In this document: positions 24,520-38,686 of the stretch, piece after piece
How positions within the stretch are numbered: the stretch's first letter is position 1
Layout of the letters: each line of letters opens with the position of its first letter
Assembly (NCBI GenBank): GCA_036172245.1
Contig: JAYWIR010000089.1
Span: 186,001-250,000 of the forward strand
Source: Raillietiella orientalis
Lineage: Eukaryota
Direction: 5' to 3'
Length of the DNA stretch: 64,000 bases
Translations under genes and position numbers: made by a program
Notes under the pieces: generated by a model
The model's database searches: none
What the model saw: only the letters and a program-made list of their open reading frames with translations
Told to the model about the DNA's origin: nothing

Positions 24520-27209
24520 TACTCCTGGTTGTACGCGGAGGATCCCACGGAACGCAGTCTCTCCGAGCTGTTTCTTTTGAAGGGCAACCCTGCTATCGAC
24601 GAGGAGGAACGGGCCAGATTGGATTGGCCCTTCACGGCGGAAGAGGTATCTTCCGCCATAGCGGGCCTGAAGAGGCGTAAGGCGCCTGGGGAGGATGGCC
24701 TGCCAGCGAAGTTCTTTCAGTGCTTCGCGGCGGAGCTCGTCCCCCTGGTGCTCATTTTTTCCTAGCTGATGCGTGAGACGGGAGATGTTCCCGCTTCGTT
24801 TCGCTCAGCAAAGCTGCGGCTCCTGCCGAAAGGCGGTGATTTGCGCCACCTCAGCAACTGGCGTCCAATCACCTTGGTGAATTCGGACGTCAAGTTGTTC
24901 TCCAGGAAATGGGTCGCGCGCCTGGGGAGAATCGCGGAGTCCTTGGTGAGTCCGGAGCAGACGTATGCTGTTTCGGGGCGGTCCATGGACGCGAATCTCT
25001 TCTTCGCGCGAACATAGTTCGAGTTGCAGCAGCGCGTAGCGCAGCAGAGCCAGGCAGCCGAAACCGCCGTTGCCAAAGGTAAGCGGCGGTGTACAGTGCA
25101 CGATGGAACGCCGGGAGCCTTAGCGGTCGCCGTCGATCTCTGCAAAGCGTTCGCCAGCGTAAACCAGGACCTCCTTCTGGAGCTTCTGGAACGCCTAGAC
25201 CTCCCGACGCAGCTCGTCGCCTACTTGCGCTCCTGCTGGCGCCACGCGTTATGCTGTATTTCTTTTAGCGGGCGTCACGTGTACGGCATTCCCATACGGC
25301 GGGGTATCAGGCAGGGAGACAGCTTAAGCCCTCTGCTCTTCAGCATCTTCTTTGAGTTGATGCTGAGGGCGTACAGGCTGACGCTGGCCAACTTGCCGAG
25401 CTCCTGCACGGGAACACCGGCCGTGGCCGCCTATGCTGACGACCTTCTCCTGCTGCTGCCCATGTCCACTCCGGCGTCCATGATCGAGGACTTCTTCGAG
25501 CTCATTTGTTGGGGAGCGGGCCTGATCGTCAACAGGACGAAACCAACCGTTGTACCGGTTGGCTCTACGTAGGAGGGACGGTCCGACTGGATCCGCCTGG
25601 GGATCCTCACAGGCAGGTGCTTGAAGTACCTCAATGTTCCCTTGGGCGCCTTCTGTCCAGCAGAAGCAGGGTCGGACTGCCTTCACAAGGCCGAGACTGC
25701 TCTGGGCCCGTTCCAAGGCGGCAGGTTTCTCCTGTCGGAACGGGCCTTCGTGTGGAACATTTTCGTTGCCCCCCTCCTCCGTCCCCTCTTTTTTGTTTGT
25801 TCCCCTCCCTACTCGGCCAAGAGCCGGGCGCAACGCCTGTTGCGTAACGCCCTGTGGGAACCGGCGAGGTCCAGGATACGCCTGAAGGACTTGGGGGCTC
25901 CTCCGTGGGATGGAGGACTTGGCATCCTGACGCTGGAGCGGATCAGACTGCTAGTGCAGTTTCGCATGCTGGCACTTTGTGCGCAGCTCTCGACTACTAC
26001 CTGGTGTGCTCCAGCGCGGCTGCTGCTAAGGCGCTGCACGGGTACCGACGGACTACGTTCGTTGCATCTGCGCACGGAGCGCGCCCAGAGAGGATTCGGC
26101 TTTACTTTGAAGCAGCTCGCCACGCTTCTGGGAAAGCATGAGTGGATCTCCTGCCGGCCGACGAACTTCAACGCCTGGAGGCAGGAAGCCTTATCGTCCT
26201 AACCAGCGCAACAGGATGTGCCCCGTTTGGAACTACGTTGCGTGTAACTTTCCCCATAGTGTCCAGTGCGGGAGGTCCTGGAAGACCAGGGCCAGTGGAC
26301 ACGCCTAGCCGCTACGCCACTCGCCGAAGCACTGTGTGCACTGATGGTGCGAGATGACAGTGACCTGCCGGCGAGGTGGGAGTTCACTTGCGAAATCGCA
26401 GGCGAAACCCGACTGCTGAGCAGCTGGCGGACCTCCAAAGTGGTAGACGCTGCTACACCTAGCCCTCGTGCAAAGGGGCTACTCCGGTGGAGTGAGCTCC
26501 TCGGGGTGCCCACCGATGAACTTGTGGTGCCTTCTGCGTGTTTGGACGCGACTCTCTTCCCCCTTCGTTGGAAGCAGGACGCCTTTCTGCTGGTGCATTG
26601 GGGTTTGTACTGCAACCAGCGGGCGCACCTGATTTCCAGGAGAGTTGCGTCCACGAACTGTGCCAAATGCGGAGCGGTGGAATCGCTTCCGCGTTTGCTG
26701 TTTGAGTGCGGTGCCCTCCAGGAGCTGTGGCAGCGGCTGTCTTCAGCGTTCCTGCACCCTGGGCACACCGCATTCGATTGGATGAGCCGCTTCTACACGC
26801 GTGGCGGTCTTTCTCTTGGAGCGGTCGTCGCAATCATCTGCTGCGTCCGCGCCATCGTCAGGGCCCGTCACGTATTGCAGATGCGTGCAGTCCCAACATC
26901 GGTCCCCGACACCGCAGCCTGCAACCTGTAAATGACTGCCGGGTGGCCACATCTTGGAGCAGAAGTGAGGACGGAGATCGGCGGCATTTACCGCCGGTAC
27001 TGAGAATAGGAACGGTTAGACTGTATACCCCTGTCCCCGCCTTCGCACCCAATTTATTTATTTATTGTGCCCCCCTCTCCCGTTCCGAACTATCAGTGCG
27101 CCCGGACTGCGTTTCGGGAAATCTACTCCCGATTTTTTTTTACCCTTGCCTGGGAACACAATTTTCAATTGATATTATAATAAGCGTCCTGGCGCAACCG
27201 AGTAATAAA
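24520..27209 (+). mobile_element. Element B' : second copy of B 3' half (inverted relative to 14038-16730), with stops
   Basis: ORFs 24493, 24769, 25024, 25621, 26266 nearly identical to B translations (LYAEDPTERSLSE, AAYADDLL). Confidence 0.93.
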
Positions 27210-28410
27210 GGACAACGCTGCATTGTTTAATTTGCTCGCTTGCCTGCTGTTTTTTCTGGCAGTACGCGACCTTTTTCTCCATCCTCCTCTCCTTCTTTGA
27301 TTTTTTGGCCGTACCCACCTGCCACCCAGGCTCTTGGCTAGTTCGCTCGACTTGTTCGGCGTTGTTCGCCGGGGTCTCGAGTGCGGCCTGGGCCTTAGGC
27401 GCGGCTGGCACACCCTTCGCGGCAGCTTTCGCCGCCAGCCTTTTCTGCAGAACCCGGGCACGTTTTTTAAGGATTCTCTTGCAATCCATCGGCACTGCTG
27501 CTTTAGAGCACACCTCCCTGGTGTGTCCCATGGTTCCGCATACTTGGCACTGCACATTGGGACACCTCTTTTTGAGGTGGCCCGATGTATTGCAGAAGCC
27601 ACAGTATGTCGGCTTCCGCACATACCAGAGGTCGACGGTTTCGCCTTCGACCACCAGTTTGTGGGGAAGAGTGCAGCCCTCCCGAACGGTCACGCGCGCA
27701 GCCGTGAGGCCGTGTTGCAGCCCCGTGTAGTCCTCGAAAGGACTAACTTTCGTCCACTGCGCGTGGACCGTTCCGTATTCCTTCAACGCGGCGCGAACCT
27801 GTTCCTTGCGCATCCGCGCGGTAACACCTAAGAGGTGGACCACCATGCTGCGTTCCGCCGTAATAGGGAGGAGCCTACGCGTCATCATTACCATGGGGGT
27901 TTTAAGCAGTCGTTGGTCCAGCTCTGCTTGTTTGCAGATGACCTCAACGTACTGATCCCCGCTGCGGATGGTCATTGCGCTGAGCTCCTCCTCTTTCACA
28001 TCGAGAGCGCGCATGCCCTTCGAGAAGGCGCGCGCGCTCTCTAAAGAATATAAATTGCCTACCTTGTAGAACAATGAGGGTTTGTATCCCTCCTCTACAC
28101 AGGCCGACAATTCCGCCGCGGCTGCAGGCGATGGCTCCGACACAATGGCGCTTCACGCCCGCGCTGCAGCGGGGACCGATTCTGTGGGGCGCACGCCCCC
28201 TATTTTATCGCCTCCAGGGGCGAAGTTGCCGCCGCCCCCTGGCTCTCCATCGCCTCTGAGAGCGGCGTTGCCGCTGCCCCCTGTCCATCCCTAGTGGTCG
28301 CGTCAGGCATCGCTCCCTGATCGACCACCGAACCACACGACTCTTGCACTGGGGGAGACTTCCTGGCACGAGGAGCAGCGAGAAAACACGTCCACCCTGG
28401 AGCACGCAAT
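27210..28410 (-). mobile_element. Element C' : second copy of C 5' part with ORF1 (27175..28143)
   Basis: 322-aa ORF ELSACVEEGYKPSLFYKVGNLYS...CGFCNTSGHLKKRC; same junction to the B 3' end as at 14037. Confidence 0.92.
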
Positions 28411-29914
28411 TCGGTCGACTGCGTGGACTAGGAGCTCCTCCTGTAGCTTCTGCCTCGCATGGGTTTCCCTCCTACATTAACGGCGTACCTGCGTTACTGC
28501 TGGCTTGCCGCGTTTACAAACATCTCTTTCAGAGGGCAGAACGTGTACGGCGTGCCGGTGCGCCGCGGAATTCTGCAGGGCGATAGCCTCATTCCCCTGC
28601 TCTTTCGCACCTATTTCGGTTTGGTGCTGAGAGCATACAGGATGACTTTGGCTGCCTTGCCAAGCTCGGCCCCGAAACGCCTGCTGTGTCCGCATATGCC
28701 GAGGATCTCCTGCTACTGCTCCCAATGTCCGCCCCTGCAACGGCAGTCGGATATTTCTTCGACCTGCTAAGCCGTGGGACAGGGCTACGGGTCAACAGGG
28801 CAAAATCGTCTGTGGTGACAGTTGGAGCGACGTGGGTAGGACGGCCTGACTGGATCCGCCTGGGGATCCCGACTTAAACAGTTCTGTAGTACCTTGGCGT
28901 TCCACTGAGGTACTTCTGCCCGTCAGAAGCATGGTCAGGCCGTCTTCAGAAAGTGGATTTGGCTATCCGTCCGTTCCTGGACGGCAAGTTTTACTTGCCG
29001 CAACGGGCCGCATTATGGAACGCTTTTGCGGCTCCCATCCTTCGCCCCCTACTTTTTGTTTGCCCCGTCCCCAGAGGAATAAAAAAGAAGACCATGGACC
29101 TCCTGCGCATTGCCCTTCGAGGCAAGAGGAGGCCCCGAGTCAATTTGATTGACTTGTGCGCTCCGCGTCGTGATGGTGGTTTAGGCCTCTTGACGCTGGA
29201 GCGCATGAAAATTCAGCTGCGATGGCGAACTTTGGCCATCGCAGCCAATCTTTGGAGCACCCCCTGGTGTGCTCCCGTCCGCCTACTCGACAGACGTGTA
29301 TCCGGAACGGGAGGACTCGCATCTCTTTTTTTATGTCGTGGAAGGAAGACAAGAAGATCGTTCCATCTGCTCGGACGAGTATCCACCCTCGCGAGGGAGA
29401 ATGCTTGGATGATCTGCAGCCCCGTCAACTCCAGCGCATGGCTGGATGAAACAGTTAAAACGTGGGCTGTAGTGAATAAGAGGAGCTCCGTGAAATGGAC
29501 TAGACTGCGACGCGGCCGATACGCCCGCTGCACTCTACGCGAGATCGTGGAGTGTCCAGCCTGAAGCACGTGGGCACAGGCGACCTGGCTGGCGACGTTG
29601 CTACCCTTCCTACGTAGGGCAATCGTGAGCAGCCCAACGCCGAGGTGACAAGTGTCTTGTTGTATCGCAGGCAGCGAAAAACTGTTAAGCGGTTGAACAA
29701 TGGGACAGCTAGCGGACGCCACAACCCATAGCGTCCTTCCGCAAGGACTCAAAAAAAGGGGCGAGCTTCTCGGAATCACGACTAATGACCTGAAGTGACC
29801 CCCAGTAATTACTGAATCCAGGATTCTTCCCCTAAAATGGCAGGATTTAGCCCTGATGCTGTTGCACAGGGGACTGCCCTGCAATTCACGTTGTCATCAC
29901 TGGACACGGGGAAG
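28411..29914 (+). mobile_element. Element D, left part (decayed RT to HHWTRG)
   Basis: GILQGDSL, SAYAEDLL, DLCAPRRDGGLGLLTLE; cut by the 3' terminus of E. Confidence 0.9.
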
Positions 29915-32900
29915 TTTTCACCCGGTCACGCCGAGGCGTTTATTGCTAAACACTTTGTTTTCGCAGTACGAGGCTTCGCTACGGCCAATATTTCTTTGGA
30001 CGTACCGGGAAGCCGGCTCGCAGGCCGGCTTGACTCTCCTCGGCAGCGGAGGGGGCAGGGGGTAAAAACGAAAAGAAAAATAAAAGAAATAAACGAAAAG
30101 AAACTATTTGGAGGGCCGGGAAGGGATCACAGCCCGCTGGAGAAAGAGACCATCCTTTCGAGGATGCCCTCGAGATCCCTCTTCATTGTTCCCAGATGGG
30201 ACCAGCCGATCGCGATTCGCAGGTATCGACCAGCGTGTACGATGGGATCCCTGTCGCTGCTTCCTCTGTTGGCTGCGCTCCACGCGGCCACAATCCCTCG
30301 GAGGCAGCAAAGTGCTGCCAGGGCTGAGGCTGCTGTCAGGGCGTGTCGCACGAAGAGGAGTCTCATAACGTCTCTGGGGGTGCTGCCTACCGGCATTGAA
30401 AGGTTCGTAGCAAAACGTTCCCACAAGGGCCGGAGGGCAGTGCAGTTTACTAACAGATGGGGGAGGGATTCCTTCTCCCCGCACACTGCACAGTTCTGTT
30501 CAACATTCCCCCACGTCCAGTGGTGGCGGCGCGCGTTGCAGGGTAGACCCCAGTGCAACAACAACAGCGCCGTTTCCTGCCACTTTAGGGGAGGATTGAT
30601 GAATCAATGAACGACGGGGGCCACTCTAGGTCATCCGTCGGGATGCCAAGCAGCTCGCCCCATCTCCGTAGTCCATGCGGGTGAACTCTTGGGGTCGCGG
30701 CGTCTGCCAGTTTCCTCATTGTCCACCCGCTTAGATCCTTCTCCTTTCCTGCTATCCGGCAGGAGACTTGCCATCTCGGCTTCCGGCTGTTTTAAAGCGC
30801 CCTTCGTAGGAAGGGCAGCGCCGTGGCCAGTGGAGTCCTCTCCGCCCAAGTGCTTCTGGCTGGACACACGATCATGTTCCGCAGCGTGCAGCGGGTGTAG
30901 ATGCCGGTACGCAGGCCGTTGCAGGATTCTTCACTGATGTGTTTCATCTTTGCCCACGTTCCAAATGTTTCTTCTAGCCATGAGCTGGAGTTGGCGGGGC
31001 TGCAGACCATCCACCCGTTCTCCTTTGCCAGGGTGGCCATGCGTCCCAGGAGAAGTCCGCATCTTCTTATTTTCCGGCCGTATCACAGAAGAAAAGACGC
31101 AAGTCCTTCAGTCTTGGACACACATCTAGCAAGAAGGCGCGCTGAAACGCATCAAGGGGTGTTCCACATTTTCGCTACGATGGCTAGAGTGCGCCACCGC
31201 AGCTGTGTTTCCATTCGCTCCATCGTGAGGACGCTAAGACCTCCGTCCCGACGTGGAGCGCACAAATCGTTTAAAGGCACACGAGGCCCCCCGCCGCCCA
31301 CAGGGCAATGCGTAGCTGGTCCTTTGTTCTTTTTTCAGTTCACCTTGTACGGGGCAAACAAAAAGCAGAGGGCGAAGGAGGGAGGCCTCGAACGCGTTCC
31401 ACATTGCGGCCCGTTCCGGAAAGTGTAGCTTGCCTTCCAGGAACGGGCCGATCGCTGACTCCACTTTTTGGAGACGACCTGACCAGGCTTCTGACAGCAG
31501 AAATCCCCCAACGGAACGCCAAGGTACTTCAAGTAACTGTCCGTGGGGATCCCCAAGCGGATCCAGTCAGACCGTCCGACCCACGTCGCACCAACCGCTA
31601 CAACCGATGACTTCGCCTTATTTACCCGTAGCCCAGTCCCTCGGCTAAGCAGATCGGAGAAATCCTCGACTGCGGCTGCCGGGGCGGACATTGGCAAAGG
31701 GAGCAGAAGATCATCGGCGTAAGCCTTTACGGCCGGCGTACCTGGACACGAGCTTGGCAGGGCAGCCAATGTCACCCTGTATGCTGTCAGCACCAGTTTG
31801 AAATTAGTGCTAAAGAGCAGGGGACTCATGCTGTCGCCCTACCGGATGCCGCGCCTCACCGGCACGCCGAACACTTGCTGTCCTCTGAAAAACAAGTTGA
31901 TGATCGCATTGCGCCAGCAGGCGCGCAGGTAGACCGTTAAGGTGACAGGGAAGCCTATGCGATCCAGGAGCTCCAGAAGGAGTTCCTGGTCCACGTAATC
32001 GAACGCTTTGTGCAGTTAGACTGCGATCGCTGGAGCGCCCTTCCCTTCCCGGTCGTTTCCTACTTGTTGCGTTGGCGCTCCGAAATCCAGTTTGTCGACA
32101 TTTTGTTCATTTTTAAATTTCTCTCGCGTAGCACAAGGAACCATGTGCTCGCAAAGAACATGTTCGCTTCCATGCTTCGCCCGGGAACAGCGTACGTCTG
32201 TTCCGGGATGACGGAGCTGTCAGCTACCTGCCCCAGTGCGCAGCCCACAGTCCAGCCAGCAGCTTGGCGTCCAGGTTCACAATCGTGATCGGACGCCAGT
32301 TGCATAATTTTCTGAGGTCTCCTCTCTTAGAAAGGAACCTCACCCTGGCTGACCGAAACGAGGCGGGAACATCGCCTTCGTTTCGGATCAGCCGTGTCAA
32401 TTGGAGCACCAAGGGGGTCAGCTCTGCCGCGAAGCTCTAAAAGATCTACGCCGGCAGGCCGTCCTACCCTGACGCCTTACGCCTCTTGAGCCTTTTAATA
32501 GCGGTGATGATTTCAGCGGTCGTAAAAGGCTCGTCGATGCCTTCTTTCTCCTCCTCCCCTATGGCCAGGGCTCCATCTGGGAGCAAGCGCCGCGAGACGT
32601 CCCACTCCGCAGGTACCCTGGCGTAAAGGGAGAAGTAAAATCCACGCACAAGGCGACGTATTGATGCCGGGTCCGAGTATTCCTGGTACGGATCGTCCAG
32701 CACGCTGGGCGGCCCGGATTGCCAGGCTTAACGCTCGGCCTCGGCTTTGTACTCGGCCAAGCGACGGATGTCAGGGGTTTTCGCGAAACGACGGCGTGCA
32801 AATACGCTCTTTCGTTGCGAGCCCCCTTATCAAATCTTCGGGGCAGGCGGTGCAGAGGGAACTCCTCGCAGAGCTCGCGGACCGAGGACTTCATGCGGTT

Positions 32901-35277
32901 CCAGTCTTGGAGATTCCGGAGGATGACGCCTCCCAGTACTTGGCGGAGATGTTCCGCCGCACCTGAGATGCGCGTTTAGTCCCCGGGCAGACGCCACGCT
33001 CTGGATGGTAGTCCCCTCGTTGCGAGGCATAACCTCGAATATCAACCCGAAATGGTCCGATAGCGTCCACGGAAGTTTCCCTCGTCTACCGACCCGTGGG
33101 CACAGGTCGGCGTCAAGGAAGACGTGGTCTACGCTTTGGATCATTTCCAGTAGATCCCATGACAAGTTGCGCGTGCGCATAGCAGCGCACAGCTCGTTGG
33201 CTGCGTCTTTTTGCCCACAAGGCACACCTGAGAGCAGGCGGATGTTGAAATTCCCACCGATCAGATGCACTTTGTGTACGTTTGTATCCGCCAGCCAGTG
33301 GCGCTTCAGGGTTTCGAGGAACCGGGAACGTTCTCCATATCCGCATCCTTTGCTCGGAGCGTACACATTGGTCACGACAAGGTCGATGGAGTCGGACCAC
33401 CTAAGGATGAGCTGGCCAGCCCGGCTGTCTTTGTCGAAGCGTACGTCCTTGACGAAGGCGGCGACTGCTGGCTTCATAAAAAAGGCGACGCCACAGGTGT
33501 TGCGAGCGCCGCATTGCAAAACAGACGACCCCCTGCGATCCTCTCGATCTCCTGGGCGTTCTCCGCGGTGATCACGTGGATCTCCTGCAGGAGCGCCAGG
33601 TCGAAGTCGCGCAGGTTGTCGGCCGTATCCCGCCTGTTGCGGTCGTTGCGAAGCCCGTTGACGTTCCAGCAGGCTACGCGGATCCTACGGTGACAGGCGA
33701 GCCGAAGCATTAATCCTGGGAAAGTGGCAATGGGGCTCCCGCCACCTTGTCGGGCAGGACGCTAGGAGGAGGGTTTGTGATGCGCACCACTTCTCCCTCC
33801 TCCATGGGGGACGAGTCTTCGTCAGGGCTGTGCAGGAGAAGGGGGGTTTCACGCACCTGTACTTCCTCCTCCATGGGGGTCGTCAGCTGCGTGGTGTCGA
33901 GAAATGAGAGATTCCCACCATCGCCTCTCACGCTGCCGGCTTCCCTCTCGGATGCCAGTTCATCCTCCTCTTTCTTGATACGTATGCGCCACCTGGGATT
34001 CTGGGACTAGCGTCCCGTCTTCTTTGGTGGCGCCTCCCTAGAGGAGGACACACTTCCGGCATCCGGTTCGGCCTCACCTGCATACGGAGCCTTCCTCGCG
34101 TCCGACCTTCGTAAGCCTTTTCGAGAGTTCTTCTCACGGCCTTGCAGTTCTGTTTCGAGTTCTTCCACCGCCTGCTGGAAGGGGGCCTCCTCGATCGCGT
34201 CAAGCGCGGCGCGCGGTTCCCCCTCTGTTTCCTTAGAGGGTTCGCCATCGACCGTCGCGGCTTCGGCGGACGCGAGGGGGGAAATGCTCCCCCGGTGGCG
34301 GCATCGAGTGCCTTCACACGCTCTAATTTTACCGAACAAGCGCGAACTTTCTCGCGGCGCGGTTTTTCGAGCTGCGTTTTTGTTTTCCCCGCGCTTCGTT
34401 CGGGACTCCAGGGCTTTCTTCTGGACTGTACCGTCTGCCAGACTTCGCCGTTGCCAGCGTCGTCGAAAGTGCTCTCAATCGACGTTTGCTGGGATGGCTT
34501 AGGGACTGACAGCTGGCTCCTTACGGCATTCTTCATGGTATCCGTCTCTCCCGCTTGTTTCCCCTTTGCCTTTTTTGCAGTGGAAGGAACCGGGATTTCT
34601 CGTCTTGGGCACACCTTGCGGATGTGGCCCTTGTTTCCACATAAGTAGCATTGGATGCTAGGGCACCGTTTTTTTAAGTGCCCTGTAGCATCCAAATGGC
34701 CACTATATTTGGGCTTTTCCACGTACCAAACATCGTCATTTTCTCCGCCGATATTTAGTTTGTGGGGAAACCCACCATTTTCCGGTAGTGTGACGCGGGC
34801 AGCGGCCATCTCACTGAATAGCCTTCCGTACGTTCGGAAGACATTGAGTTTGGCCCAATACGCGTGCACTCTACTGTGTTTTGACAACACGTCATGGACG
34901 CTGGTGGTGTCCATTCGGAGTGATACGCCCGTGAGGTGGACCACGACGGAGCGGTCTTCCGTCACAGGGAAGATCCTGCGGCCGTCCTCCGTAATGGGGG
35001 TGTTTAGCAGGCGCTGCGCTAGACTTGCCTCTCTGCAAGTCAGCTCAACTGGCTGCCCCCCACTAAGGACGGAGAGGCCCTCGATGTCTTCCTCCCTCAC
35101 ATACAGTCTTTGCAGTTCCATTTCAAAGGAGCGTGCAATTTTCTCAGCGAATACACTCCCTACCTTGTAGATCAGCGGCGGTTTGTAGCCGCTGTCCTTG
35201 AAGGCAGTCTGCTGCGCTACTGCAGCCGGGGATGGTGCAGCAACTACGGAACTCTCACTCATCGCCGTTGGCGAAGA
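29915..35277 (-). mobile_element. Element E: near full-length LINE, ORF1 35262-33710, ORF2 33710-30127, both frameshifted
   Basis: ORF1 CYLCGNKGHIRKVC; ORF2 WNVNGL, NVYAP, SDH, KAYADD, CAVCGEKESLPHLLVNC; flanks ggacacggggaag (29902-29914) / ggacgcggggaag (35278-35290). Confidence 0.93.
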
Positions 35278-35290
35278 GGACGCGGGGAAG

Positions 35291-38113
35291 TTTTCACCCG
35301 GTCACGCCGGGGCGTTTATTGATAAACACTATGTTTCCGCGCTACGAGGCCCCGCTACGGCCAATAGTTCCTTGGACCTGCCGGGAAGCCGGCTCGCAGG
35401 CCGGCTTGACTTCCCTCGGTAGCGGAGGGGGTACGGGGTAAAAACAAAAAGAAAAATAAAAGAAATAAACGAGAAGAAATTATTTGGAGGGACCGGAAGG
35501 GATTACAGCCCGCTGGAGGAAGAGACCATCCTTTCGAGGATGCCTTCGATGTCCCTCCTTCATTGTTCCCAGATGGGACCAGCCGATCGCGATTCGCAGG
35601 TATCGACCAGCGTGTACGATGGCATCCCTGTCGCTGCTTCCTCTGTTGGCGGCGCTCCACGCGGCCACAATCCCTCGAAGGCAGCAAAGTGCTGCCAGGG
35701 CTGAGGCTGGTGTCAGGGCGTGTCGCACGAAGAGGAGTCTCATAACGTCTCTGGGGATGCTGCCTACCGGCATTGAAAGGTTCGTAGCAAAACGTTCCCA
35801 CAAGGGCCGGCTGGCACCGCAGTCAACTAACAGATAGGGGAGGGATTCCTTTTCCCCGCACACTGCACAGTTCTGTTCAACATTCCCCCACGTCCAGTGG
35901 TGGCGGCGCGCGTTGCAGGGAAGACCCCAGTGCAACAACAACAGCGCCGATTCCTTCCACTTCAGGGACAGGATGGATGAATCGATGAACGACGGGGGCC
36001 ACTCTAGGTGATCCGTCGGGATGCCAAGCAGCTCGCTCCATCTCCGTAGTCTATAAGGGTGAACTCTTGGGGTCGCGGCGTCAGCCGGTTCCCTCATGGT
36101 CCACCCAGTCAGATCCTTCTCTTTGCCCGCTATCCGGCAGGAGACTTGCCATCTAGGTTACCGAATATTTTGGAGGGCCTTCCGTAGGAGGGGTAGCGCC
36201 GTGGCCAGTGGGGTCGTCAACGCCCATGTGCTTCTGGCGGTACAGACGATGATGTTCCGCAGCGTGCAGCGGGTGTAGATGCCGGTACGCAGGCCGTTGC
36301 AGGATTCTTCACTAATATTGTTAATCTTTGCCCACGTGCCAACTGTTTCTTCCAGCCATGCGCTGTAGTTGGCAGGGCTGCAGGTCATCCACACGTTCTA
36401 ATTTGCCAGGGTGGTCATGCGTCCCAGGTGAAGTCCGCATCATCTTTTTTTCCTGCCGGTGCACAGAAGAAAAGATGCGAGTCCTTCAGTCCCGGATACA
36501 CGTCTGGCGAGAAGGCGGGCCTGTACGCACCACGGGGTGTTCCACATTTTTGCTGCGATGTCTAGAGTACGCCACCGCAGCTGTGTTTCCATTCGCTCCA
36601 TCGTCAGTACGCTGAGACCTCCGTCCCGACGTGGAGCGCACAAGTCTTTTAGAGGCACACGAGGCCTCCCGCCGCCCCACCGGGCGATACGTAGGAGGTC
36701 CTTCGTTCGTTTTCTTAATTCACGGGTGACGGTGCAAACAAAAAATAGGGGGCGAAGAAGGGGGGCCGCGTACGCGTTACACACCGCTGCCCGTTCCGGC
36801 AAGTGAAGCTTGCTCTCCGGGAACGGGCCGATCGCTGACTTTACTTTTTGGAGACGACCTGACCTGGCTTCTGCGAGGCAGAATTCCCCCAACGGGACAC
36901 CCAGGTACTTCAGGTACCTGACCGTGGGGCTCCCCATGCGGATCCAGTCAGGCCTCTCATCCGACGTCGCACCCACCTGAACCACCGACGACTTCGCCTT
37001 GTTAACCTGCAATCCAGTCCCACGGCTTAGCAGATCGAAGAAATCCTCGAGTGCGGCTGCCGGGGCTGACATGGGCAACATCAGCAGAAGATCGTCGGCG
37101 TACGCAACTACTGCGGGCGTGCCGGGGCTAGAGCTAGGAAAGGCAGCCAAAGTCAGCCTGTACGCTCTCAGCACCAACTCAAAGTAGGTGCTGAAAAGCA
37201 GGAGACTGAGGCTATCGCCCTGCCGTATGCCCCGCCGCACCGGCACGCCGTACGTTGTTTGTCCGCTGAAAGAGACGTTGATTAACGCATTCCGCCAGCA
37301 AGAGCGCAGGTAGGAGAGAAGAGAAGGAGGGAAGCCCATGAGACCCAAAAGCTCCTACAGTAGCTCCTGGTCCACGCAGTCGAACGCCTTGTGGAGATCG
37401 ACTGCGATCGCTAGGGCCCCATTCCCCGTCCAGGGGTATCTTCCCAGCCCATCTGGCGGCCCCAATGTTGGGTTGTCGACTCTCCCTATCCCTTTCTTCT
37501 CTCCTCTCTGCATGTGCACCCATGTGCTTGCGAAGAAGTGGTTGGAATGAATACTCCGCCCGGGAACAGCGTATGTCTGCTGCGGGCGAATTATGTAGTC
37601 TGCCACCTGTCCTAGACGCGAGGCCCACAGTCCAGCAATCAGCTGGTGTCCGTGTTTACAATTGTGACCGGACGCCAATTGTTCAATGTTCTCAGGTCTC
37701 CTCCCTTAGGGAGGAGCCTCACTCTGGCTGACCGAAACGAGGCGGGAGCGTCACCTTCGTCTCGGATCAGCCTGATCAACTGAAGCACCAGGGGTGCCAA
37801 CTCTGTCGCGAAGCATCGGAAGAACTCCGCGGGCAGGCCGTCCTCCCCTGGTGCTTTCCTCCTTTTGAGCCTTTCAATACCGGCGAGAATTTCGCCGGTG
37901 GTAAAAGGCTAGTCGAGGCTAATCCTCTCCTCCTCCCCTATTGCCGGGGCTCCATTCGGAAGCAGGAGCCGCGAGGCATCCCTCTCTGGGGGTGCCTTGG
38001 CGTAGAGGGAGGAGTAGAACCGTCGCACGAGGTGCCTCATCGCAAGTGGGGCCGAGCGTTCCCGGCCCTGATCGTCCAGCAAGCTGGCCGATCCGGAATG
38101 CCAGGCTTGCCAG
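35291..38113 (-). mobile_element. Element F: 5'-truncated LINE, same subfamily as E, head-to-tail with E
   Basis: 36440..37348 RT (GIRQGDSL, VAYADDLL, KYLGV); 35480..36097 zinc finger; 3' UTR and terminus like E. Confidence 0.93.
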
Positions 38114-38686
38114 GCGGGGAGCGGGAAACCCTCCCGCGCCTTCTAGTTGAGTGTGCTGTTCCTCAACCCCTGTGGGAACGTTTCGGTTCCACCTTAGGTA
38201 TCCTGGAAGGTAGTCTTCCCAGAGACGTTTTTCGGCTCCTCATCGTGTGGGACGCCCTGCAGCCAGCCGCTGTAATAGCAGCTCTCCGCTGCGTACGCGG
38301 TATTGTGGCAGCTTGGAGTGAATTCGACGAAGGAGAGGATGTTAACAGAAGGAATGCCATGGAGTATGCAGCTCGCTTTCTGCGAATAGCATCCCGATGG
38401 CGCCACCTGGGAAATCTACAGAATGTCCTCGTCGGCATCTTGTGAAGGATGGAAGCTCCACAAAACGGACAGTGATCCCTTTCAGGCCTTCCCAATGACC
38501 AGTGCTTTTACTTTTTATTTTTTTTATTTTTGTTCTTTCCCTAACCCCATCCGTTGACGTGGAGTGTTATGTCGTTCTTTGCACTGACCACCAGACAGCT
38601 CGATGAAACTATTGGCCGCAGCTGGGCCTTGTACCGCAAATACTGTTAGTTTTTAAATAAAGGCCCCGGCTTGACCGGGTGAAAAC
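38114..38686 (+). mobile_element. Element D, right part (zinc finger, 3' UTR, terminus)
   Basis: GERETLPRLLVEC resumes about 20 bp after HHWTRG of 29914; ends AATAAAggccccggcttgaccgggtgaaaac. Confidence 0.85.

Noticed and set aside
24520..29914. RIP- or APOBEC-like hypermutation (frequent TGG to TAG/TGA/TAA)
   Set aside because: Stops are noticed preferentially; copies remain GC- and CpG-rich, and a bias cannot be shown without counting substitutions.
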